Positions 1 to 11,300 of a stretch of DNA of 64,000 bases are shown one piece after another. The stretch is taken from positions 1,178,001 through 1,242,000 of the forward strand of contig BQFW01000003.1 of the NCBI GenBank assembly GCA_020891255.1, written 5' to 3'. The position numbers were made by a program, and so were the translations under genes. Under the pieces are notes generated by a model that worked only from the letters and a program-made list of their open reading frames with translations, had not been told where the DNA came from and did no database searches. Positions within the stretch are counted from its first letter, which is position 1, and every line of letters begins with the position of its first letter. The DNA is from Entomortierella parvispora E1425 (lineage: Eukaryota; Fungi; Mortierellomycota).

Positions 1-1083
1 ATGTCCGAGCAACAACAGCCAAAGGAAACAGATCCACCAGACAGATGGATGAGCATTCAGGAAATGTTGTTATCATTTTGCAGTCTAAACTGGCCAATAC
101 CAGTATGGGCTTTAAAGAGGCGCTTGAGATTCGAACAGAGGTAACGGGCATAGACCAGAGCAAACATTCGCTGGAACAATGGGAGAAAATGTCAAAAGGT
201 GCTAATACCACCCCCACCCTTACTTTCTTGTAAACAGAGTATGCAAGCTACAAAGAAGAGACAGGAGCAACTGCTGAACTCGACTCAGCCTCAACAGCAA
301 GGACAGAGTCAGCAGCAGCAGTCATTGTCATTACCACCGAGCAGTATCCTATCACCCCTACGTAACACTACTCGATCGCCCATCGGCCTTGTTCCCACCA
401 CACCCACGCCTTCACAATATCCTGGTAATGGCAATATACCCTTGGCACATGGACGGACATCCCCTTACGCGCAACCTCCACCCAATCGGCCTCCGTCTAC
501 TACTGCCATGTCGCAACACCCACACCAATACTCCAATGGATCCTCGGATATCGATCCCTATAGTAGCCAGAGTGTTCACAGACGGAAAGGAGGAAGTGGA
601 CGTGCTGATGACTACAACGGACAGTATGAAGATGACTCCGAGTCTGCTGGTCCAGCCTCGATGCTCTTTCAGCAGCAACAACACGCACCTCATGCAGAGC
701 AGGTAGGACTCTCCCAGTTGAGCTTTTTTCTTGATTTATAACTTGCTCATGAACTATATGAAAACTAACCTTGTATCTATTGTTTTTTTATTTTTTTCAT
801 TTGTTGAAAGTACATCCAAAACCGATCAACGGCCATTGAAGCAGTCGAGTCCACTTTGCAGGAACTTGGTGGAATCTTTCAGCAGCTGGCTCAGATGGTG
901 GCTGAACAGCGGGATACCGTCCAAAGGATCGAGGCCAATACGGACGATATTGAAATGAACATCAATGAGGCTCAAAACCAATTGCTCCGGTATTACAGGA
1001 ACCTGTCTTCGGACCGTGCGTTGATGATCAAGATCTTTTTGACTATTATCTTTGTGTTCCTAGTCGTGTCTCTTGTTTCATGA
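1..1083 (+). CDS. SED5: Syntaxin-5 / cis-Golgi t-SNARE Sed5, 5' end outside the window; exons <1-140, 238-702, 811-1083
   Basis: The translation EHSGNVVIILQSKLANTSMGFKEALEIRTE matches the Sed5 Habc region. The SNARE motif YIQNRSTAIEAVESTLQELGGIFQQLAQMVAEQRDTVQRIEAN and a C-terminal TM (MIKIFLTIIFVFLVV) follow. GT-AG introns 141-237 and 703-810 keep the frame. Confidence 0.93.
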
Positions 1084-1263
1084 GCGCCTTATTGGTGCTA
1101 AAGAGAACTGCAAAACAAAAAAAATAATAAAGAGATCCAGTCATTCATGATGCCATTTGATAGACAATAATATTGCCAATGCTGCACATACACGCATACG
1201 AATGCGCCCCTCTTTTTCTTCCCATCGCATAAAGTATCTTCTTGTCTGCTTGTCCATATTACG

Positions 1264-1320
1264 GCAAGTAGTTGCTGAAGATGAACTTATGTCTCTTTCA
1301 AAGGGGGAGCATTCGACCCT
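1264..1320 (+). repeat. 57-bp diverged copy of 4036-4092, the last exon of the nuclease-like gene; relic of a paralog
   Basis: Direct alignment of gcaagtagttgctgaagatgaacttatgtctctttcaaagggggagcattcgaccct with gcaagcagctgctgaagatgaacttgtgtctctttcaaaggaggagcgtccgaccct gives 51/57 identity, ungapped and in the same orientation. Confidence 0.85.
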
Positions 1321-1824
1321 GGGGATCACGATAGCACAAATAGCAAAGTTGTAGGGCTTGCTTTTTTTTGTTTGTTTAAAATTTAGTCGCGCTTTTTTTC
1401 AAAAGACATTGACACGTGCATGCCACGCATGCCACGCATGGAGGATGTGCACGCGCGGCAATTCAGCCTCTCTTTCATCCTCTCTCTCAATCTCCGTCCA
1501 TTTTCCCACGAAGGTAAGATTGCCAAGGTACATCCATTCACTGTTCATTTTGTCTTTTTTCTATGGGCTTTACAACCCAATCATCACATTGCAATTTGAT
1601 TAAGGCTTGTCGCGCCTTTGCTGCCTCTTCTTTTAAACCAAAGGAGTGCTGGATCTGCCACGCGTGCGATACAGCACCAAAGGAATATCTTCGAGTCCTT
1701 TTTTTCACTCTTTATATTGCCAGGAAAGCGAATCTAAATGTACCGCGGTGAACAGGTCTTATAACATATGCCATTCTGTTGGACACCATATGCCTGCACA
1801 GACGCACGCCTGCAACCTATACTC

Positions 1825-4102
1825 ATGTCGGCATATCCTTCTCTCCGAGTTTCGAACGACACGCTTGACCAAAGCTGGCGGGACATTCCACTCCTGGATT
1901 CTTATTTTCTTGAAACTCATCCTGGCAATTGGCATCCAGAAGATTATGGGCGGAACACGGCTCATAGAGATCTCACTCCCTTTTTCCACAGCCTATCAAT
2001 TATTTCACGTTGCCACCATGCCGCCTCAGTGTCCGCCTATGCTAGAGACATCTTGAGATACCTATTAACAGAAGATGGGGTGGAGCTCAAGAAAAAGGTG
2101 CTAGAGAAGCTAAAGCTTCGCAAGTTGGAACATTCGAATCAGCTTTCCTATTCACGGCTCAAGATACAGTATGCGACAGAGAATTACATCATTAGAGAGA
2201 CGAATCGAAAGCGCTGTGAGTATCTGTGTTCAAATATGTGCTCTTTTTCTAAAGCAAGGACCATCGCGTCTGTCAATTTCTAACTTCTTTTTTTTTTAAA
2301 AAAAAAAAAAAAAGCTTTTGATGTGGACGGATCTTCGTCAGCATCCTCAACATCAACTCAAGTCGAGTTGGACCAAGGACGGCGAAGTCGAAGGAGAACC
2401 CCCTCGCTTCCATCCTCATCTGAGCGTTCAACATCACCCACTGTCAAAGAAACCACTCCTGCGTCTGAACTCTCTTCTTTTGGTCAGCCACGACCACGAA
2501 TAAGTGATCCGTGGCATGGTCTTGTGCAATCCGCGCTGCTACTGGTAAGAGATTTGTGTATTTCTGATCCCTAGTTTCTAAAATCACCTCTTATTTACTA
2601 AGTAATTGATTTCAATCGTAGTATGAAGGAGAGGCGGCCGAGCTCCCGTCCGAACATTGTGGAGCTGAAGAGCAAGACCCTGAGAAAAAGGTGCTTTGCA
2701 AATTGGCTCTACGACACCTCCAGAATGCAGAGGCGGAGATGCAGCAGCCCACATTTGACAGGACAACCTGCACTGACTTCAAGGATACATTGTACGACAT
2801 TTGTTGCTTTACCAGTCTCCCAAGGTTCAGGATGACGAAACTTACGCTCATACTTATTCTTTTCTTCCAGTGTGGCGCTCTCAGGCGTATGGAACGTATT
2901 TTCGGCACAAGCAAACCAGGCTTTCCGGAGCAGCGATCGTCAAGAAGTCGAGAAGCTTTGCGAAATAGCTGAGCTCAGGAAGAAAGATGACGACATAGTG
3001 GAGATATTGAATATACTGGCGGACAAGTCTCGGAAAGGACCTCTCACAAAAGTCGCTGACGAACTCTATATCCTTCTATCGACAAAGCCGCAGCATCGTC
3101 AGCTTCTAATGTTTCTTCTCGCAATGTAAGTGGATGGTGTTCTTGATATCATTTTTATGTAATCAGCCCCGCTGACTTTTATGGTGAATTTTTTGAATAG
3201 CCTCCGGTATATAGTGCGGCCCCATCATGGCAGTATGGCACCTTCAGAGGCCGATTCAATGTTCCTCTGGGCATGCATATTCAACGATGGCATGCCGCTC
3301 AACACACCGTTTTCTTTTCATCTGTAAGTGCATCTTTCCTGGTTGATTCCACAAGACTTGGCCTTATCTTGCGACTTTTCACTCATTATAGCATTTCATT
3401 CCAACACACAGCGGACAGGAGGGCTGTGCAGCAACTACATTGTCAAAGTCAAAGCTTGCCATGGTCTTTGACACTGGAACTACGACGCGAAAATGTGATT
3501 TTTTATTCACTGTGAAGGACTTGGAGGTGGGCTATGTCGAGGCGAAGCGTTCCACAGCAAGTAAGATTGAGGTAGCGAGTCAACTACGCAAAAACATCAA
3601 AATCAACAAGTCCATACTCCTTGAGCTGGAAAAGTATGGAGTCGATTGCCCTCCCCTTTTATCGATACATGGTAAGAGCTGAAACCATGAGGATGGCCTC
3701 GGAATGAAAATGATCGCCATGTTATGAATCTCGCCTGACACATACCACGCTTTCAATTGTTAGGCAATACTGCCATCGTATTTTGTGTTCGTCGATGGAA
3801 AGGCATATTCGTGGCATCGAAAGCATGCCCCATTCTAGTCCTTCCCACGACTGAGGAGGAGTGGCCGTTCTTCTTGACTCAGCATGCACATGTTCTGTAC
3901 AACCTGTTGGTAAGTGAAATGATGGTCACGATTGCTGAGAATTATGACAAACTGCTGATACGATATCTCTTAGGACTATTACCACAATTTCTCTAAAAGG
4001 TGTGCAGCGAGTTATAGCTTCGTTCAATATGAACAGCAAGCAGCTGCTGAAGATGAACTTGTGTCTCTTTCAAAGGAGGAGCGTCCGACCCTCCCTGAAT
4101 AG
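1825..4102 (+). CDS. Uncharacterised ~567-aa protein with a C-terminal PD-(D/E)XK restriction-endonuclease-like domain; exons 1825-2215, 2315-2544, 2622-2791, 2871-3125, 3201-3323, 3412-3671, 3764-3909, 3974-4102; possibly truncated by a nonsense codon
   Basis: Seven introns with canonical donors and acceptors join in frame (1704 nt). The motif RKCDFLFTVKDLEVGYVEAK fits D-x(n)-E-x-K. The start codon is uncertain; an in-frame ATG also lies at 1768. Confidence 0.7.
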
Positions 4103-4660
4103 GAGAAGGTGGTCCTGCAGACTCCCACAAGGCCAAAGGTGAACAAGAAGGTGTTACTTTGTAGCGCCTGACAACACGCTGTTCAGGAAGATGATGGAGA
4201 AGGCCGCTAAGGACAGCGATGAGGATGGACAATAGTTACGGCGCAGTCGAGCTTGTCGGGTATCTTGAAAATAAACAGAGGCAGGCCATTGGCTTATCGT
4301 GCATTCTGGCTCTGGTCAATCGTGATCTATGCCTTTTTTTCTTTTTTTTTTTTGTTAGGGACAAAAGTCTAAATACAGGATGCAAGAGAAGAGTAGCTCT
4401 TTCTTGTCAGGGAGTCGTGAACCTCTGTACCACTCCATCCTTGACAGGCACAACATATCTGCGATGTTGCTCAAGAAATGACATTACTTTAGAAATACCC
4501 TCCGCTCTTTTCTACTTGTTCCTTTCCATTCGCCTTTCACTTTCTGTGATATTTCAAGTGAATATCCAAGCAATGCTTTTGTATCACCTGCACTCTCATA
4601 CACCAAATGCTTCCATATCCCCGCAAACATCGTGGTTGTTACATGTCCCAGAAATATTCT

Positions 4661-4834
4661 TTATCCAGAAACAGCTAATGTAAGCAGTTTGATCATTTGC
4701 TGTCGATCCCAAGCCGGCCGTGGATCTTCACGAACGTGGTATGCCCATGCGACGCAATAGTGACTCGCAAGCATCTGCCACTCCTCTACCTCATCGAAAA
4801 TCTCGAGCCCCGATATCCTATTGGGACAATTGAA

Positions 4835-4873
<39 letters not shown>

Positions 4874-6545
4874 GAGACCATGGGTCAAACTTTTATCATG
4901 TCAAATACATATTGTGTATCCAGACGACACTTACCGCTTCATTTCCCCTTCTGTTAAGGAGCTGTGAAGATTGTTCATATCGATGGCCTTGGCCGCAAGC
5001 CAGCCTCTAGACGTGAAGCGCTCTTCCTGGCTCTTCAAAGATGGGTAAGCATGGATCCCCGGCAACTCGATTCGGCGAGCCTGATGTCCATCCAAAACAG
5101 AAGGGTTGGTTGTCAATATAGTCTACTAAAAAAAACGAAGCGCTTTCCAGATATCTCATTCATTGAGCAATAATTTACCCTCAGGTTCCTCAGCATCATA
5201 GCCCCAAAAGCATCCGTAGGATTAATTTGTTCGTACAAAACAAATAGAGAGGCCGACATATTTGTGCCGACCCATTCCACAATCCTGTCTGAATCCCGGG
5301 GTTGAATGTAGATCAGAACACACTCTGAGAGAAAGAGAGTTGGCAAGCTACGATAGACACAATGAAGGAAGGAGTGAGTCAGATGGAGTGTTCCTGTGAA
5401 CATGTATCCTGTCCAAAGCGGTAAATGGCATCATTGTGGCATACCTAGTGTCGAATCCCTGTGCCATAAGTTTTGGTACAATCACTTCTGTAAACTCGCG
5501 CAGATCGCCTGAGAGAAGGCAATAATCCTTTGCATAGAGCTCTGTTCCGCCAAGCCCTATCAAGAGATGTCAGAGGACAGCGTCAGTGGAGCACAGCGAT
5601 ATACAGGGGCTATAGTACTTAACAAAAAGAAAAAGAAGAAAAAACTGCGCATACCTAGCTTGAGGTCAGGATCGGCGATAACATCCGTAAATGCCTTATT
5701 CTTCTTGATCACAACGGCCTTCTTTGCGGTCGATTCTTGAAAATCAATCTCGAAATACTTGTGCACGGTGAGGCCTTTGGTCTATTTCGAAGGCAAGATA
5801 AACGTCGTCAGTTGAACGGATCAAATCATCGTCGCAAAAAAAAAAGTTGGTTACTGCTCTCAAAATCCCAGACGTTACCTTGAGCTTGAAATACCGCGTG
5901 TCAGATCCACAGCCAAGAGAGACGATCTGCTTTTTAGTCTGTCCAGAGGTCTGTGATGATCCTGGCTTTGCTCCATCTGAATGCACCGATCCGCTCCTGA
6001 TAAAATTCTCTGCAAACGTGTCCAAGGAACGCGTCCGAAGGTAAGAGCCTTTGAACAAAAAAACAAGAAAAAAAACGCGTCAGTGACTTTTTGTACCCAC
6101 TGAAAAGCCATGGATATCGTCTCCCATAGCGCGCGTGTTACCTCGGTTGATCAGAGGAGGTCTCCGTGAAGGTCGCTTCACAAAGTGTTTGACAAAGGGA
6201 TCGTCGAGATAGCCGAGATTAACGGCAGAACTAAGGAGTCGTTGTCAAACGGTCAAAGAGTTTTGAGATTCAGCAAGAGCGATTTTGAATGCATTTCAGA
6301 CAATGCAACTTCTCAGGGAAAGCGCAGGTAAAGAAGCGACAGGGATAAATCAGGGAAGGAATAAACACTTGCAGTTTGCTGATGATGGCATCGTCATCGG
6401 TGCCCTTGATGACCTCGTCTCGACCCATACGCTGGTCGTCCATGTGGGGGTCCATGGAGAGGTCGCGAGGAGGACCTCCTCCAAAGGGACTTTTGCGAGG
6501 TGCGGGCCAGAATGGCGGGGGTCTATTGCTGCTGTCTCCTGACAT
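4661..6545 (-). CDS. PPM1: Leucine carboxyl methyltransferase 1 (PP2A C-terminal methyltransferase); exons 6545-6373, 6230-6142, 6048-5879, 5781-5655, 5556-5445, 5347-5179, 5080-4935, 4817-4661
   Basis: Motifs include GTDDDAIISKLSAVNLGYLDDPF, QIVSLGCGSDTRYF (SAM motif I), YFEIDF, LPTLFLSECVLIY, YEQI and LEIFDEVEEW. The exons join in frame, and the first intron is GC-AG. Confidence 0.92.
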
Positions 6546-6759
6546 GACAAGGATAGAGAAGAGAGAGAAGGGGCGGTGCGGGTGGAAGAAGAGACAGGGA
6601 CAAAGGTGAGGAATGTCCACAGGTGCGAGTGAGACCAACCATGCAACGACCAAGTGAAGTGACCACGTGACTCAACCAAACGAAAAAGACAAAAACTGAT
6701 CTGATCTCAGCGGTCGAAACTGCATCCCTCCGTCCGTCCGTCCGTCCATTCTGTTCACC
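6546..6759. promoter_or_regulatory. Putative bidirectional promoter between PPM1 and the TRM61-like gene, with a CACGTGAC E-box at 6664-6671
   Basis: The divergent start codons are 214 bp apart. The interval contains gaccacgtgact and (CCGT)4. Function is inferred. Confidence 0.45.
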
Positions 6760-8222
6760 ATGGCACATGCAATTGCGGCTAGGTCCCGTCTCTTGGCCAC
6801 CATATCCTGGACTGGCCTTAGGCCAATGCTGCCCTCATTGCCCCGCCATTTCACAAGAACCCTTTCTTCCCTGCCCCCTTCCTCTTCCGACACCCAGCCT
6901 TTCGTCTCGCCTCAGATCGATCCGACTTTTAGATATGGCGATGTTCTCGTCGTAAACGACAGCAACGGAGAGCGACGGCTATTCGGCCCCTTGAAGGTAT
7001 GCATACTCCTATTCCCCTTTCTCTCGAAAATCAACTCTGGACAGTGTTGGATCTCGGCTAACTCGATCATCGGCATTTCTAGAAAGGAATTTACCGCGAT
7101 AATAACCTCGGTCGCTTGCGCCATGATGATCTCGTTGGACAAAAGCCTCTCTCTATCGTCCAATCCAACACTGGCGCAAAGTATACGCTCCACTGGCCAA
7201 CCCTCGACGAGTAAGTGCATATTTTTTTTTTCTTTTTTTTTTCTTTCTTTTGACAGAGAGAGATGAGAAGGACTTTGGAGACAAACTAAAATCGAACGAT
7301 GGTAAATCATAGATATTCAACCAAGGTCAAGAGACAAGCCAGTATCATGTACCCCAAGGACACCACTTCTGCTGTCCATCTTCTCGATCTTTTCCCAGGA
7401 GCACATGTTCTGGAAGCAGGCACCGGCAACGGATCCATGACCATGTATATCCAGCGAGCCATCATGGCACCAGGATCTCATCTGGACACCGTCGACATTC
7501 GGGACGCTCACTCGATGCAGGCTGAAAAGAACATTGAACAATTCTGGCGAGGCATGTACCGCCCCGGTATCACTTTCTGGAGATCTTCGGGAGGATTGCA
7601 ACGGGTCATCAAACGACTGAAGGGAACGGATCAAACACCCGAATTTGCAGTCTCGTTGATCAAGGGCATCGACCCCACTCACCCAGATGGAAGACCCTTG
7701 ACCGACCTGGAATTACGGAGAAAGAAGCTCGAATTGGTCCATGAGGATTTGCCAAAGAACCCTCACCCAGAGGGACACCAGTACGATGCTATCAGTTTGG
7801 ATTTGCCAGACACCAAGTCTGTCATCTTGGACTTGTTGCCTTTGCTGAAGGCGGATCGACCCATGGTCCTGTACATGGTCAACATGTCTCAGGTCCTGGA
7901 ACTCGTTCAGTGGATGCGACTCAACTGCCACGGATGCACGGTTGAGAATGTATTGGAGGTTGGATGGAAAGAATGGAGTGTCCGCTCAGCCGCCGTTCGT
8001 AGTAAAGTCAAGGGCAGAGTGCATGTGGGAGGCTTTGGTGCCGTTTCGGTCTTGAAACCAGCAACAGCAACCACAGGCACGGATGGTCAGGATAACGGAT
8101 CAGAGTTGACTGCTGCTTCGGACAACATCCCGGATGACGCTGTTGGCTGGATCTGCCGACCTTTGCATGTGCCTGTCGGGCATACCGGATTCCTTGTTCA
8201 GCTCCGAAAGAACTACATCTAA
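6760..8222 (+). CDS. TRMT61B: tRNA (adenine-58-N1)-methyltransferase, mitochondrial TRMT61B/Gcd14-like; exons 6760-6996, 7083-7210, 7313-8222
   Basis: The N-terminus is Arg/Ser/Leu-rich and presequence-like. Motifs include GRLRHDDLVG, HWPTLDEY, RQASIMYPKD, VLEAGTGNGSMT, DAISLDLPD and GHTGFLV. Confidence 0.85.
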
Positions 8223-8373
8223 TTTGCCGCGTGCCCCTCCTCTTTACTCAAGATCCTCAGGCTTCCACAGCCTCTTTTCTTTCGTTTTTACCTTGCATCC
8301 CATTCTAGACCTCACTGTTTCATCATAGAAAATGATTCTGTAATATACAACCCAGCATTTATTAACCATCCAT

Positions 8374-11300
8374 TTAGACTGGCTTGGTTTCCCCCACCTT
8401 GTCTTCTTGCAAAAGTCGAACCAGTCTTCTCTGGACTGCTTGACTCTCCTGCTGGGGAAGAAGCGAGACGGCAAGTCTCAGACAGTTGACCTGGTCTGCA
8501 TTCAAGAGTCCACGAGGAGGCTGTGTCTCATCAAAGTCTGTTTGTGCAGGGGTTTCCGTCTCTGCAGCGCTGTTGCCAATGCTGAGCTCTGATCGGTTCG
8601 GACTTTCTAGGTCCTGAGCCACCGCAGGTTTGCTACCAAGCCCCATGACTGTTGACTGCCAGGCCTTGGTCGCCCCGTCCATGCCCTCTGTATCGTCCAT
8701 CAATCTGTCCGGAATCGAATCTGTTGCTAACCCAGAGCCTTCATCAGCGAGATCAACCAGAGGACTCTTGGTTCTGGCTTTGTTCTTGTTCCTGGAGGAC
8801 CGCTGTCGATTCTTGAATTTGCCCCGCTTGACCTTGGTATTTTCCTGCAACGGTTCATAGTCCTTATAAAACGCATCCTGTCGTGCGACAATCTCTTCCG
8901 AAATATTCATCGCCATCAGCAACAGTTCTGCGCAAGCTCGGACTCTAGACTCCGCCAGCTCAGTCGTTGGCAATGTCGCTCCCTTAACATCTGCCTCCTG
9001 CAGCACCGACAAAATTCTCTCGTCCGAGGATTCACCTTGGAAATGAATTGGCCTACTATTGACGTAAACGCGAGAAGGCAGAGTAGGATCTCTGCTGTCG
9101 GCACAAACCTGGCAAAGGTTACATGCTAGCAGAAAGCAGTAGAGGAGATAATCTAGGGAGACTTGAGACCAATCCTGCTGCAGCGACTATACAAACAAAA
9201 ATGCAGCCTCGGCATTAGAACCTCCACTATTATACTTCCGGCACAATGGGTTATATCCTACCTTGACTGCAGTCGGTATAAGCGAAGCAACTTGGTCAAC
9301 AAACATGTCGTAGCCGACATCCAGACCATAAACATTCATGATGGCGTCCCGGGGCTTTCTTGGATACGGATCCATAGCCAATCGAAGAAGCGACTCTGAA
9401 GTTGATATAACGGAAAAGGTTACCCGCCTGCCTTCCTCGCCCTCTGGAGAACCTTCCATGGAGATCCGGGCTTCATCCCAATAGGACCCAAGTTTATCCT
9501 TAAAAGAGGGCTCAATGTCAAAAAGCATCCTCCAGTCTTCTGCGCCTATGCCTCCCCAACATTCCATCAGTGCAGGGACGACTCTGACAAGTATCCGCTG
9601 GCTTTCATGAGATGAGCAGGTACTCAGAATGCGATAGAGCGCGGGGATCAGGAACAATTTCAATAAATTTTGGGATTGAGGTTTCATTTCCATCGAGGTA
9701 GACTTCACTGCCTATCATTGGTGAAGATGGTTGTGTCAATATATATCAATTTAAATGAACTTCTCATGAGAAACAGGTACGAAATGGCTTTTGTCCTTAC
9801 TTGAATGAGGTCTTCTGCAACGATGTCGCAAAGGCTCGAATAGTGAAGGAACAGCAGAATCGCTTGCGCGAGAATTAAAGACTGCTCTGTGCTCCTTGAT
9901 CCAGTCTTTGAGATCACTCTCAAGGGCGAAATCCGGCAAACCTGCATTTTATCACCGCAAAGAATGGAAATTCGCCGATCCAGATCTGGCTTCCACTCTA
10001 CGTTAGATATGCGCAGTCCACAGGCTCTCAGGAGAGGCAGTGCCACAAGTTGACTGGTTGAGTATACGTTCACGGACGAGTCTTGTAAAACGCTGATAGT
10101 AGACCAAAGTGCGCGCACCTGGTGATTGACAAATGCTGTGGAGCTGGAATGAACTTGATCTGCCAAGATTGAGACCATCAAACTACATAGCCGTGAGAGG
10201 TCCTCAAATTGCGAGCTCCCAACTCGTATTTGGACACCCGGCAACGAGTCGCCAAGCACGTTTGGTCTCTGCTGGTTACAAAGATCGAGGAGATACAGTA
10301 GAACTGTGGCTTGTACCTCATTTTGCAGCCACTGCTGGCTTTGAAGTGGCTCCGATGCTGTAGTCTCATAGGTTTTGGTCAAGACAACTGCAACAGGTTT
10401 AAAGAAGTCGGATTCTTTACGCTGCCTCATCATTTTGAGCAGTGGTACGACACACTCTACTAGAAATTCGATCCTGTCGAGTAAGGGCTGTCGGGATGAG
10501 GATAGTTGAGTTACGGCCCCAAAGAGAAACTCTGCGAAATTATCCAACTGATGCGGCGTCCAAGTCGATTTTCCTTTTACTTCGCAGATAATATCTTGGA
10601 TAACGGCCGCAAGGAGTGCTGGCTCAGCAGTGGTTGCTCTGAGCCATGACAACTGACCGAGATCTAGCAGAGTCCTCAAGAGCACAGGACATTGACCTCG
10701 GTTCATAGACGCAGCTTCCACAATCTTATGGAGAACTTGGTACGGCGCTATGAGGGAGATCTATATTGCGACATGCAATGAGATTAGACTGAAGGTCATT
10801 CTCCTTGAACCTCAAATCATCTTTACTGACCTTGATGAGCGACTCTTTGACATGGGATGGGATCGCAAAATCTGATGAGGACTTCTTTAAAGCTACTAGC
10901 TGGTTCAAGGTGGCCACCAACTGGGTATCTATGTCCAGTCTCCAAAAGTCCCAAGACCCAAACAGAGGACCTGACACGTCAAAATAAAGGGACCTATATG
11001 AGATATGATCACCAGTCAGTAAAAGTTGGATTAAAGATGCACATCAATGGCACCTCAACGTAATACCTTGAAATGGCGTAGAGATGGTCCCTAAGGTGAT
11101 TCCAAAGTAACTCCTTTTTTGCGTAAACTGACAACAACAGCTCGCATCCAAGCTGGAGGACATTGAGAGGCAGACTAGAATTGCTTGCAACGTGCCTCTT
11201 GAGATACCTCTGCAATGTCGCGCAGAGCTCCCAGTGAAGACCACAATCGTTAATAAGATCAGCGAATTCTTCATGGATCGACCTAACCCACGAGAGAGAT

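Noticed and set aside
4190-4490. Possible exon-like relic downstream of the nuclease-like gene
   Set aside because: The frames are short with stops and show no similarity I can recognise.
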